Positions 47,912 to 59,239 of a stretch of 64,000 nucleotides of DNA are shown one piece after another. The stretch spans positions 62,001 through 126,000 of the forward strand of contig JAPMXV010000040.1 in assembly GCA_026936335.1 (NCBI GenBank). The letters are read 5' to 3'. The notes below the pieces were generated by a model. It was not told the origin of the DNA, did not search any database, and worked only from the letters and a program-made list of their open reading frames with translations. Source of the stretch: Mantamonas sphyraenae STR306 (lineage: Eukaryota > Protista > CRuMs). Both the position numbers and the translations under genes were made by a program. Every line of letters begins with the position of its first letter. Position 1 is the stretch's first letter.

Positions 47912-49966
47912 ATGGATGCAATGAACCGAACCACCACCATTTTGAGCCACCTGGGACCCCACACAGCAGCCACCATTGACCTGTGTGGAGCAAAGGCGTC
48001 GTTTGCCGGTGCGTCTCGTGCAGGAGACCTGTCGCTGGAGTATGGACGACGCAAGTTCTCGGGCAAGTTGAGTGGTGCTGCGTTGCGCAGGCAGGTGCTT
48101 GCACCAGAGTACGAGGAAGAACGCAACGGGATGGCTGAGCTGCTGAAGCATGAGGTGTTTCGCCATCGCTACGGCGTGGGCAAGTCGGAACAGCGGCTGG
48201 TGGCGGAGCAACGTGTGCAAAAGGTGTTGAAGAGCGGACTGCTGGAGATGCCACGCAGCACAGACAGCACACGCACATTCAACATCCATCGGTTCTACAG
48301 CACACTGGAGCTGCTTACCATGCACGACTGTGGCACCAACCTGCGCATCACCGTCACATACTTCTTTGGCACGGCTGTGGCGGAGCTGGGCACAGAGCGA
48401 CATCGCCAGCTTCTCCACGACGTCGGCACCGGCCGTGTGCGCGGCTGTGTGGCCGTCACAGAACTGGCACATGGCTCCAACGTACGTCGCATGGCCACCA
48501 CAGCCACATACGACCCAAACACAGACTCCTTTGTGTTGCACACCCCGTGTGAGGCTGCACAGAAGATCTACATCGGCGGCGCAGCAGAGGCCGCCAACAC
48601 TGCGGCTGTGTTTGCCCGTCTCATCATTGGAGACACCGATTACGGTGTGCACGTGTTTGCTGTGCCCATCCGTGACCTGGACACTCACCAGGTGCTCGAG
48701 GGAGTGCGCATCAAGGACCTTGGCCCCAAGATCGGCCTGGATGCGGCTGACAATGGTCGACTGTGGTTCGATTCGTACCGAGTGCCACGCACATCGCTTC
48801 TCAACAGGTTCAACGATGTCCACGTGGGCGGACGCTACGAGACGTCGTTTGCAAAGTCCTCGCATCGCTTCCTGGCCACCATGACTGCCCTCTTGTTGGC
48901 TCGCATTGGCGTGGGCACACAGAGTGCCCATGCAGCTCGCATGGGACTGGCCATTGCCCTCCGTTATGCCTCTTCACGTCGCCAATTCTCCCTCACTGCC
49001 CACGGCCAGGAGCGTTTCCTGATTGATTACTACGCAGTGCGTGCACGCCTCCTGCCTCTCCTCTCGTTGACCTTTGCCATGCACTTTTATTCTCTGCGCT
49101 GTCTCGACGTCTTTCAGAACCGCAGCAACACGCCAGCATCGACACGTGAGGCCCACCTTCTGGCTGCGTCGTTCAAGGTGTATGGCAGCACGCACGGCTT
49201 GGAAACATTGCAGATGTGCAGAGAAACAACGGGCGGCATGGGATACGTGGCATGCAACAGGGTGGGTCTCATGCGCAACGATTGGGACTTTCATGTCACC
49301 GTGGACGGCGCAAACCATGTGCTCTTCCAACAGGTGGCCAAGGGCCTGTTGGACCAGGCACGCAATCAACTGATGGAAGAGGCGGACGAAATGGAGGCGG
49401 CATGCAAGGCAAAGGGACAGGCGTTGCAACAGGCGTTGCAGAAGGATCACGCAGCGGTGTTGCCTGGTGCTGCAAACGACGACGGCGTCGAGGGCATCCT
49501 GGAGTTGTTGGAGCACCGACAACACAGTCTACTGTTGCAATTGGCCTCCCAACTGCAGGATCTGGTGTTGGAAGAAGGCCAGGAGCCGGGTGTGGCGTGG
49601 GACAACAGCATGGGGCTCGTGTGGGCTTTGGGGAGCGCTTGGACTGAGTGGCAGCTGATTTCCACCTTTGCAGCTGCGTTGCCCGCGCGTGGAAACGACA
49701 CAGACGACGCTGTGGTGGATGTCATGCGTCGCATGTGTGCCCTGAGTGCCTTGACATACCTCGATCGCGGCCTGGCTTGGTTCCTCCAGCATGTGCACTG
49801 TGATGGCCTCACAGACCATGTCGAGGCCATGCGACGTGTCTACTGTGATGCGTTGTTGGAAGACACCGAAGCGTTGGTCGATTCCCTGGCTATTCCAGAC
49901 CACGTGCTTGCCGCGCCCATTGCTGGCGACTGGATCAAGGCGTTTGCCTACGATGGACCGTACTGA
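47912..49966 (+). CDS. Peroxisomal acyl-CoA oxidase with PTS2-like signal
   Basis: GCVAVTELAHGSNV..MATTATYD, FVLHTP...AQKIYIG, GVHVFAVPIRD, GPKIGL...DNG, CRETTGGMGY; N-terminal RTTTILSHL. Confidence 0.93.
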   Translation: MDAMNRTTTILSHLGPHTAATIDLCGAKASFAGASRAGDLSLEYGRRKFSGKLSGAALRRQVLAPEYEEERNGMAELLKHEVFRHRYGVGKSEQRLVAEQRVQKVLKSGLLEMPRSTDSTRTFNIHRFYSTLELLTMHDCGTNLRITVTYFFGTAVAELGTERHRQLLHDVGTGRVRGCVAVTELAHGSNVRRMATTATYDPNTDSFVLHTPCEAAQKIYIGGAAEAANTAAVFARLIIGDTDYGVHVFAVPIRDLDTHQVLEGVRIKDLGPKIGLDAADNGRLWFDSYRVPRTSLLNRFNDVHVGGRYETSFAKSSHRFLATMTALLLARIGVGTQSAHAARMGLAIALRYASSRRQFSLTAHGQERFLIDYYAVRARLLPLLSLTFAMHFYSLRCLDVFQNRSNTPASTREAHLLAASFKVYGSTHGLETLQMCRETTGGMGYVACNRVGLMRNDWDFHVTVDGANHVLFQQVAKGLLDQARNQLMEEADEMEAACKAKGQALQQALQKDHAAVLPGAANDDGVEGILELLEHRQHSLLLQLASQLQDLVLEEGQEPGVAWDNSMGLVWALGSAWTEWQLISTFAAALPARGNDTDDAVVDVMRRMCALSALTYLDRGLAWFLQHVHCDGLTDHVEAMRRVYCDALLEDTEALVDSLAIPDHVLAAPIAGDWIKAFAYDGPY

Positions 49967-50007
49967 ATCTGCCAATGTGTTCACTATGTTCATTTCTTCT
50001 TCCTTCT

Positions 50008-53000
50008 CTACATGTTCAGCGGGTCAAACTCGTCCAATGCCGAGTTCTTCTTGTTTCCCGCACCTTTGTTCTTGCTCTTTTGGCCGCCGCCTCCTCCCCA
50101 CGTGCCAAAGTCCAACCCTCCCAGCTGCAAACCGCCTGCACCACTGCTGCTGTCCATACTGCCAAAGCTAGTGTCCATGCCTCCCTGTGTCCCTGTTGTT
50201 GATGACATGGTTGACTGCTGCTGCTGCGGTGGCTGGCTGAACGGATTGAACGGGGCCGCAGTTGTGCTGTTGCCTCCCGGCGACTGGTTAAAGTCCACCG
50301 AGAAGCCACTGGTGTTTGTGCTGGTCGGCTGCACATCAAACGGACGTTCTGGGAACGGACTGGCGGTGTCCTTGCTGCCCGTGCCAAAGTCCACAGAAAA
50401 GGCACTCGTGTTGGTGGAATCGTTGCCTGCATCGCTTGTGAAGCTCATGTCGAAACCACCTGTGTCCCGTTGGTTCTGCTCATGCGGACTGCCAAAGTCC
50501 ACCGCAAAGGAGTTGTCGCCAACCTGCACCTGCAGCTGCTGTTGGTCTTGCGACTGGTCAAGCGAGCCAAAGTCTGTGCTGAAACTGTTGCTGCCCTCTT
50601 CTGAAAGCTGTGTGCCATTGGCAAAGTCCACTGAGAATGCGCCTGTGTCCACACCCGTGCCTGCTTGTCGTGTGCCAAAGTTGACATCAAATCCGCCTGT
50701 GTCTTGGCCTGGACCCCCGCTTGCCTTTGCCTCTGGCCTTTTCCGTGTCTGTCCCCTGCCTGTTGTGCGTCCACGCTGTGTTTTGCTGCCACTGCTTTTG
50801 CCTGTGCCCTTGCTCTCGCTCGCCTGTGGCCTGCCTCGCGTACCGCGTTCCCTCCCCTTCTTCCTGCCACCTCCCTGGTTCCCCTGTACCTTTGGGCTGC
50901 CAAAATCCATCTTGAAGTCGGATGACGAGTCGCTTTGCGCCAGGGCCTGCTGCTGCCCCTGCTGCGGCTGTTGCTCCTGTTGCTGCTGTGGTCGGGTGTC
51001 GTTTGTTGCTGTCTTGCCTCCCAACATGGCCATGTCCATGCCTGCCAGCGCATCGGATGTGCTCACGCTCTTTTCTGCACCATTTTCTGTCTGCTGTGAC
51101 TGCGATCCAGATCCACCTCCACTGCCAAACACAGCATCGAATCCTGCGGCGAAAGAGGGATCGTTCTGGCCCTGAGTGAAGTCTACCACAAACCCCATGT
51201 CGTTGCCCTTGTCTGTCTCTGTTGTGCTCGGCTTGGCCTTTGTATCCTGTGCACCTCCCTGTGTGAAATCCACAGCAAAACCATTTGCTGCCTCGTCACT
51301 GCCTGCACCTGTGCCTCCTTGTGTGAAATCCACAGCAAAACCATGTGCTGCCTCGTCACTGCCTGCACCTGTGCTTCCTTGTGTGAAATCCACAGCAAAA
51401 CCATTTGCTGTCTCGTCGCTGTTTCCACCGCTCATGCTTCCTGAGGCAGCATCTCCTTCCTCACCCCAGATCCCCTTCCCCGTGTCCTTTGCAAACACAG
51501 GTGCACTGCTGTCATCGTCCAACACATTCTTGCTGGCGCCAACAACCGCCGATTCTTCCGCTGGGTCTTCCTTGCTCTTGCCTTTGTCCTTCCCACCTCG
51601 CTTTTTGCTGCTCAGCGATCGTCCAAACCCAAACCTACGCTTGCTGCTCTGCCCTTCTCCGTCCTCCTCTGCTCCATTCTCCTCGCCCGCTGCCCCCTTG
51701 ACCAGATCCATGCTCGAGTCAAACAGGTTCAGCTTCTTTGCTCTGTCCATCTTCCCAGCCACCACGGGACTCTGAAACATGCCCGTGGCCTTTTTCGCTG
51801 CCGCCTGCTCCTCTTCCAGTGCTCGCACCTTGTCTTTCTGCTGCTGGTCCAGCAACTGCCACGCACGGCTCATCAGCTTCTTCGATTCGGGCCCCAGCGG
51901 ACAGAACGATTCGGGCAGTCGTGTGTACATGCGAATGAGCAACACCAGTTCCTGGTGCTTCTCGTACAGACGCAACACCGTCTCATCGCTCACCATGCTC
52001 CCGCCAAAGTCGCCCTTGACTTCGTCCAGAAACATCGCACGCGCCTCGTACAACTCGTCCAGCAGGGCGAGCATGGGCCGCACACACGACTTGAGGCCCA
52101 AATGAGCGTCGCGCGACACATGCACCATGAATTCGTACAGGTGCAGGCGCAGCGGGTCGCCCGAGCGCAGGGCCAGCTTGCCAAGTGCGTTCAAGCAAAC
52201 ATACCTTGTCTCCCACGCGCCAAAGCTCACACCTGCTTCCAGACGCACCACCACCGCACGCATCGACGCATTCAGAGTGTCCAACACCTGTCCACTCACC
52301 ACCAGAGCACCGTCACCCGAGTTGCTGCTGCTGCTGCTGCTGCTCGCCCCGCTCGTCGTGGTGACCAGCATCACACCGTCGGTCTCCCCTCCATTCGCCT
52401 TGACATATCTGTCGGCCAATTCGTTGCATAGATGGTTTCCATGCTCGCCCAAGAACCAGTACACGGCGTTGTGGACCTGAGATGCGCCCGCTGGCACGTT
52501 GGAACCCGCGGCAGCAAAGTCGTCGAGCACTGCAAACGCCGTGGCAAGCACAGCCTGTCGCTGGGCGGCACCATGGCGGAACATGGTCTTCCACAGAGCC
52601 AGCAATAGGTCTGTGTTGACTGTGGCAGCACTGTCGCTGCACCAACGGTGTGTAAGACGCAACACAAGCGCATAGATTCCCTGCGAAGTGCCCACGCGTG
52701 CCAGCAGCTCCGAAAAGAGAATATCAAGCGTCTGCGGCGACACATTGCGGGTATGAAACACATGCTGCACCACTTCGTGCAATACAGCCATCGAGGGCGA
52801 GCTGCGGTGTGCAGGATGACCCTCGCCCTCAAAACCAGCCAGCCACACCAACGCCACCAGTGCCTGTTCGGTCAAGAACCGATTGCCTCCCATGGCCAAG
52901 TCGCGCAGGGGACCCAACAGCGGTTCCAGTTCATCGCAGCTGTACTGGGCCTGGTCAGCAGCCACGTCGCCGTCTCCAATCTGCAACTCGACGTGTGCGA

Positions 53001-54296
53001 CGTAGCAGCGACCCAGGGTGGCTGCACTGCCACACACCCGCCTTTGAGTGGGACAATTGCCGTTGGCCAGCAGATACGCCATGGACTGAACGGCGTACGG
53101 GAGCACAGTCACGCTGCTGCTTCCATTGGGTCCTGAATTCGTCTCTGCACTCAGGAGTGCCGTCCACGACGACCCCAAATTGGCCTTTTTGGGAATGATC
53201 TGTGCAATGTTGTCCAGGGCCGACAGCATGACCCGTGTGTTGTCCGTGACTGCGGCAGAGCACAGCCAGGTAAAGCACACCCGCCGTGTGCCTGCATCCA
53301 CCGCCTTGTTGTACATAATGTCCCCACAGATGGCATTCAGGTGCACGTATGCGCTGCTGTCCCTGTGCACCGGAACATACTTGTCCTCGCCTTCCTTGGC
53401 GGTCAGGTGACCCTTGATCAGGTTGGCAACTGTGTCTGCCGAGTCACGGCTAAACCGATGCAACAGCGCAAGGGCATGGCGCATGGTCGCGGGGTCCGAG
53501 CTGGTGATCCCTTCCACACTAAGCTTCAACATGCTTGCCGGCATCACGTCTCGTGACCGACACACAGAGAACACGGCCTGTTGAACAGCACTCCTCTCCA
53601 CGCTCACTTCCAGCGCTTTGCGAAACAGCCCTCGTTTCTTGTTCTGTGGGTGTGTCAGAGGTTGTATCGACGCATGGATGTGGGGCGCAACACAACACAT
53701 GTGTGCACATGGCCATTGCATCCATCGTGTGCAGCAGTGAAGGGTGTCAGTTGGCCGAGAACACGGCGCCGGAGGGAAACCCGCTGAGGCGTTCACAAAC
53801 TCGCACACACATGCACACACACACACACACACACACACCGTACCTTTTTCTTGTTCATCACTTCGTTGAGTGCACCCACAAGGATGACTGCCAGCTTCTC
53901 TTGGTACTCTTCCCCAGTGGGCCAGAGGGTACCCAATAGGCGGATGCCGTACATTCTGCGGGCGAGGTCTTCGTGCGCCGCTTCGCCCTGCACCGTCTGT
54001 TCCAGCTGGTGCTGGTCACCATGCTCTGCTGCCTGATGTGCCAAACTGGTGAGGAAGTAGTGAAGCATGCGAACCACCCGCTTGTCGTCGTGCAACACCA
54101 TCAGCTTCAGCAAGCGCGGCACCTCTTCGCCAGCCAACTTGAACGCAAACAACTGCTCCAGCAACGACGCCAGCTTGTTCACATGCTTCTTTTCGCTCTC
54201 CCCAGCCGCCTCACCGAGCTGCCGCGACAACTCGGTGTAGTCCTCGGTTTTGATGTGCTCTCGAAGGTACGGTGAGAGCAGGTGATGCCGCTGCAT
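50008..54296 (-). CDS. TSAUCER: TSET/TPLATE complex large subunit TSAUCER (TASH3 homologue); intron 53644-53843
   Basis: Alpha-solenoid. The block WETRYVCLNALGKLALRSGDPLRLHLYEF...PMLALLDELY...LYEKHQEL...CPLGPESKKL matches the plant TASH3 block as I recall it (WEVR...AIRSGEPFRLQIYEFL...PLGPTSAKL). Confidence 0.82.
51260..51421. repeat. 60-bp coding tandem repeat, ~2.7 copies
   Basis: GTGTGAAATCCACAGCAAAACCAT recurs at 51261, 51321 and 51381; it encodes a GAGSDEAANGFAVDFTQGGT-type unit on the minus strand. Confidence 0.95.
53804..53838. repeat. (CA)n microsatellite in the TSAUCER intron
   Basis: Directly visible. Confidence 0.92.
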
Positions 54297-54382
54297 TGCG
54301 CGTGCGCGGGGAGAGGAGGAAGTGTTTGTGGAAACCAGCGCGACGTCTCTGCCACTGGATTGTCGTCGTCGTCAGCATCATC

Positions 54383-54967
54383 ATGGAGACAGTTGGGTTT
54401 GATTGGATCAACGAGCCTATGGTGTGGGTGGCCAGTGCGTCTGTGGTGTTGCACGTGGTGCACTACAACGTGACAGCACACATGGAGTACAACTCCAAGT
54501 CGTTCACCAACCTCCTGGGCAGCAAGGCCATCTACTTTTACATTGTGCTCATCATGGGCTCCGCCGTCGTCCGCGACTACTTTATCGAACAGGCTGTGCA
54601 GGCCACCAAGGACACGGCCGTGGTCGCCTTGATCGACCCGGCCCAGGCCTTTTACCTGGGCTGGGGCCTCGTTGGCGTGGGCGTCCTCATCAACCTGTGG
54701 GTGCTCAAGGCCCTCGGCTTCATCAACATGTACAATGGTGACTCGTTTGGCTTCCTCATGGATGCCCCCGTCACGGACGGGCCCTTTGCCGTTTGGAACG
54801 ACCCGCAGTACGTCGGCACCACCCTGGCCAGCTTTGGCCACGCCCTCGTCAACCAGTCTCTTGTCGGCCTCTGGATCACCATCCTCATGGGAATCACCTT
54901 TTACATCAGCGTCCACTATGTCGAGGGACCCCACATGCGCCGCATCTACGCCAGCAAGAGCAAGTGA
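54383..54967 (+). CDS. PEMT: Phospholipid (phosphatidyl-N-methylethanolamine) N-methyltransferase, PEMT/OPI3
   Basis: ALGFINMYNGDSFGFLMDAPVTDGPFAVWNDPQYVGTTL, EGPHMRRIY; multiple TMs. Confidence 0.9.
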   Translation: METVGFDWINEPMVWVASASVVLHVVHYNVTAHMEYNSKSFTNLLGSKAIYFYIVLIMGSAVVRDYFIEQAVQATKDTAVVALIDPAQAFYLGWGLVGVGVLINLWVLKALGFINMYNGDSFGFLMDAPVTDGPFAVWNDPQYVGTTLASFGHALVNQSLVGLWITILMGITFYISVHYVEGPHMRRIYASKSK

Positions 54968-55073
54968 CGTGATGAAAAGACATGCGCCTGGTCATTCTGC
55001 AAACCCACCCATCCCATCCAGCCCCTGCCCCCCCCCCAACCACCTCACTCGCTTCTCCTCTTTCTTTGGTACC

Positions 55074-55806
55074 TCAGCTGGCCGCCTGCTGTTCATCTTC
55101 TTCTTCCTCCTCATTGTCTCCGTCCTCGTCGTCGCTCCAGTGCTTCTTGAGCAGGTCGCCCATTTTGTAGTGCTCCTTGCGCTTCTTCTCAAACTCCTCA
55201 TCCTCATTTGTTTTCTCCTTTCCCTCCTCTGAGTCCTCTTGGTCCTCTTGGTCCTCTGTACTCCCCTGTTGTGCATCCAACTTGGCCTGGCCCAGCGCCC
55301 CGAGCTGGTTCAGCGCATCCAGGGCCCCAAACATCTTGGTTTCGTCTGCAAACTCCACAGAGGCCACAGAACGAGGCGAAGCCATGGACGACCGGTCGTC
55401 GTCCGAGCTGTCTGCTGAATTTGTCCTCTGTCGCTTGGGCGCCGTCCCCTCCAGTTGCAGCGAAACTTCTTGCCCTTCCAGCTCTGCCAGCTCTCGTTTC
55501 TCATCTTCATCCATCTCAATCTCCCCCGGATAGTGGTATGGTGTGTCTGCCTGTGTGTGTGTGTGGGTCGGTGGAGGGTGTATGTGTGCGTGTGCGTGTC
55601 AGCCGCACCTGCCTCCCAAACTTTCCGCCGCCGTTGCCCCTTACCTCGTCGATCTTGGTCGGATTCAACATCGCTTTTGTCACTTCGTTCATCATCAGGT
55701 TGTCTTCATCCCATTTAATGCCTCCCTTGTGTTTCTTCTCCTCCTCCGTGTGGATCAAGATGGGTTTCGGCTGCTTCTTCTTGTTGCTGCCTTCCGCCTC
55801 GCTCAT
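55074..55806 (-). CDS. PPP1R2: Protein phosphatase 1 inhibitor-2; intron 55551-55644
   Basis: PKPIL, IKWDEDNL, KIDEADTPYH and FEKKRKEHY. Confidence 0.9.
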
Positions 55807-55905
55807 CCCTGTGAGTGATTTTTCTTTGGATGGCCGTGTGCAGTGCATTGCTTGTCTCCCATCTCTCTTCCCCTCACTCTCTGTTCACCCCGTGTGGACA
55901 TCCAT

Positions 55906-55937
55906 GTGTGCATGTGTGTGTGTGTGTGTGTGTGTGT
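55906..55937. repeat. (TG)n microsatellite between the PHB1 stop and the inhibitor-2 start
   Basis: Directly visible. Confidence 0.92.
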
Positions 55938-55949
55938 CCATCTCCTTGC

Positions 55950-57309
55950 TCACTGCAGCTGCATCAGCATGTTGGCGTTGGACGGCAGGTACGTCACGTT
56001 CCTGCTCATTGCCAGCTGCTGGGCAATCTCCTGCGCCGCCTCCAGCTTGCGCAGTTCAATCAAGCCCTTGCCGCTCTCAACCAGTGCCTTGGAAATGAGC
56101 TGTGTGGAGGATGTGCGTTGTCAGCAGCGGCTCAACCTCTCAACCCTTCCTACGCACGACCAACAACTCACCTCGGCTGCAGTCGCCTCTGCCTCAGCCA
56201 TAATCACCGCTGCCTTCTTCTCCTGTTCTGCCTTCATCACCACGTATTTCGAACGCTCCGCCTCCTGCTCTGCGACCTGCTTCTGCTCAATGGCGTGCGA
56301 GAACTCACGGCCAAAGCGAAGGTGTGTCTGTTGTGGTTGGCCACATCGTGCGGTGTCAGCGCCCCTTTGTTCCTTCCTCCTCTGTACCTTTGTGTCTCCC
56401 ATAAACATACCACAGCCACGTCGTCCAGCACAATGTTGAACTCCTTGGCACGCAGCGTCAGTGCGTCGCGGATGTCCCCAGACACCTTTTCACGTTGCGT
56501 AATCAGCTCTGTAGCGTCGTACTGCGCCTGTGGATTCATGTGCACACGCTTGGACGTGAGTGACTCTACTTTCCATCCTCTTGTCTGGTTCCCGTGGCCC
56601 TGTTCCCTCTTGTGTGCTGTGCACGGAGCCGCTGAAAAAGCTGCGAAAATGCGCGGTGCCCTTCCGCCCATGCCCCACTTTCACGACACGGCCACACAGG
56701 CACACACACACACACACGCACATAAGCCACACACCCTCCCGTCGCTCTTCCGATCCAAACCTACCACCACACTCTTGAGCACCTCGGAGATGACCGAGGG
56801 CAACACACGCTCGTCGGCGTCCAAACCAAGCGAGCGGTAGATGGTACTCAGCTGGCGGATGTCCGGCTTGGACATCACACGCAGTGACAGCTCCACCGTC
56901 TGCAGATCCTTCGACGGCGTGCTTGTCGAGATGCTGCGTGCACGCGTGCGCACGTTCATCATGATGGGTTTCTGGATCACGGGCAGCATCAGGTGAATGC
57001 CCTCTGCGTGCGTGTCCCAAGTCCGCGTCAGCCCCCCCGACCCACACCCAAAACACGCATGGTCACCCGTCATCCTGGCAGCCTCTGTGTCCACTCCACT
57101 GCCTCCTTGCTGCCATCCTCTCGCTGGTTCGCCAACGTACCGTCGTACACTTCGGGCAGCACTCCTCGGAAGCGGTCAAACATGACCGCGCGGTGGCCAG
57201 GCTCCACTGTAAACACGCTCTGGTCAAACACCAGTGCAGCCACAGACACACCAAATCCAATCTTGGCCACACGGCCCAGGATGTTTTCCAATGCTTCAGC
57301 CACAGACAT
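55950..57309 (-). CDS. PHB1: Prohibitin-1; four introns
   Basis: [78 protein letters not shown]. Confidence 0.95.
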
Positions 57310-57361
57310 TTTTTCCAACCGTTGTGGTTTGCAGTTTGCGATGGCAGCACTGTCGCTGCTT

Positions 57362-59154
57362 TCATTCTCCCGTCCCAAACTCCTCCGTCCAGTCTTCAAA
57401 CTGGCGCAGTTCGTCCTTGCCCACACTGCTTTTGGTCTTCCTCACCGCAGTCAGAAGGTCGTCCATGGTCACGGGCGGCTCCAGCAACACCTCGCCATCG
57501 ATGCTCATCCACGACATCTCCTCTCCCTCCTCGTCGCCCGGGCTGCACGGCGTCAGGTACTCCCGCTCCTCTTCGTTCTCGCTTCGCCTTGTCACCACGC
57601 GTTTAAAGTGTGTCGACACCTGGATGGTGCGGATGGGCTGCATGAGCCCATCCCGCACGCAGTTGGCAATATCCGATCCGGAATAGCCCTCACTCTCTGC
57701 TGCCAGCTCTGCAAAGTCCTCTTCATCGAGTTCGTTGTAAGTGTCGCCCAGGTGGATGCGAAAGATGCGCTGTCGTGCATCCAGGCCCGGCAGAGGTATG
57801 TACACACGTCGCTCGAAACGACGTCGCATGGCCGTGTCCAGCTGCCACGGCAGGTTTGTTGCCCCCAGCACCAGCACGCTCTTGCCCGACTTGGCCTGCA
57901 CACCGTCCATCTGCACCAGAAACTCATTCTTGATGCGTCGCGACGAATCGTTGTCGTTGTCGCTGCGCGCACTTGCCAGTGCGTCAATCTCATCGATAAA
58001 GATGATGCTGGGTCCCTGCTCACGAGCCATCTCAAACAACTGCCGCACCATCTTTTCCGACTCGCCCTGCCACTTGCTCACCAGATCCGACGATGACACG
58101 CTGAAGAACGTGCAATTCGACTCGGTGGCCACTGCCTTTGCCAGGTATGTCTTGCCCGTACCGGGAGGGCCGTACAGCAGGATCCCTCGCCACGGACGTC
58201 GTTTGCCGCTGAACATCAGTGGGAACTTGATGGGCATGATCACAGCCTCGTTCAGCGCCTCTTTGGCCGATTCCAGTCCCGCCACGTCGTCCCAGTGCAC
58301 ATTCGGTTTCTCCGACACAATGGATCCTTCCAACGCATTACGCATCCGCTTCTTCTCCGGGTCCTCCTCGTCTTCTTCCTCCTCCTCTTCGTCATCGCCC
58401 GCCGACGAGTTGGACGAATTCCTGTTTGCGCCCAGAGCCAAAAGTCCACCGCCCGCTTTCTGTGTCAGCGTGCCGGTTTGCCAGCCAGCCTTTCTCCGTC
58501 CACACACACGCCATCGCTCGTTGCCACCCATCACATCCTCGCCAACCATTGCCCACTGTCCTTGTACGATGTGTCACGTCGCCACACACTCTCCCATGGC
58601 CCCATGCGAAAGCCGTTTTCGCACGTCCGTGGGAAAAGGTCTCCAAACTCACCCTGCGCTCGCTGCCACCAGCTGCTTCTGCGTCTTTTTCTCCTTTTCG
58701 CTGTCCAAGAACCTCTTCAACGTCTCTGCCCGTGCCATGTAGTTTTCAATCTTGGATCCAATCGTTTCACGCGACTTTTCGTTCTTCTCGTCTGCGCGGT
58801 GACCCCCGTGTCAGCGCTGTGCCTTGCGGCCTCGTTCGTTCATTCCCACCGCTCTCGCACGTCCCATTGCCCGCACGCACACCCTCGCACCAAGGACGGC
58901 CACCCATGCTCGCCACGTAGGTCGCATGCACCCACCAGTGCATGTCCACAGCACGGGCATCCTTCCTACGTGCTCCCGAGGGACGGGACCCAAGAAAACA
59001 ACGGCGGCCACTCACTCTTCAACGCCAGCAAGAAGTACTGCAGTCCGGCCTCGTACTTGGCCAGCGCCCCTTCGTACTCCTTGCTGTTGTCCAGCTCACT
59101 GGCCGACTTGATCAGCGCAATGCCTTTGTCCAGATACTCGCCGGTGGAGCTCAT
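57362..59154 (-). CDS. VPS4: Vacuolar protein sorting 4 AAA ATPase (ESCRT); two introns
   Basis: MIT domain, [63 protein letters not shown], terminal EFG. Confidence 0.96.
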
Positions 59155-59239
59155 GGGCAAATGTGTGTTGTTGTTTGTTCCTTGGCGGCGCGAGCGCACG
59201 CCTCTCTGCCACACACACTCACTCTCACTCACACACACG

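Noticed and set aside
51260-51421. Regular repeats suggestive of a CRISPR array
   Set aside because: The whole 60-bp unit repeats with no unique spacers, lies in frame inside a eukaryotic CDS, and has no cas genes nearby.
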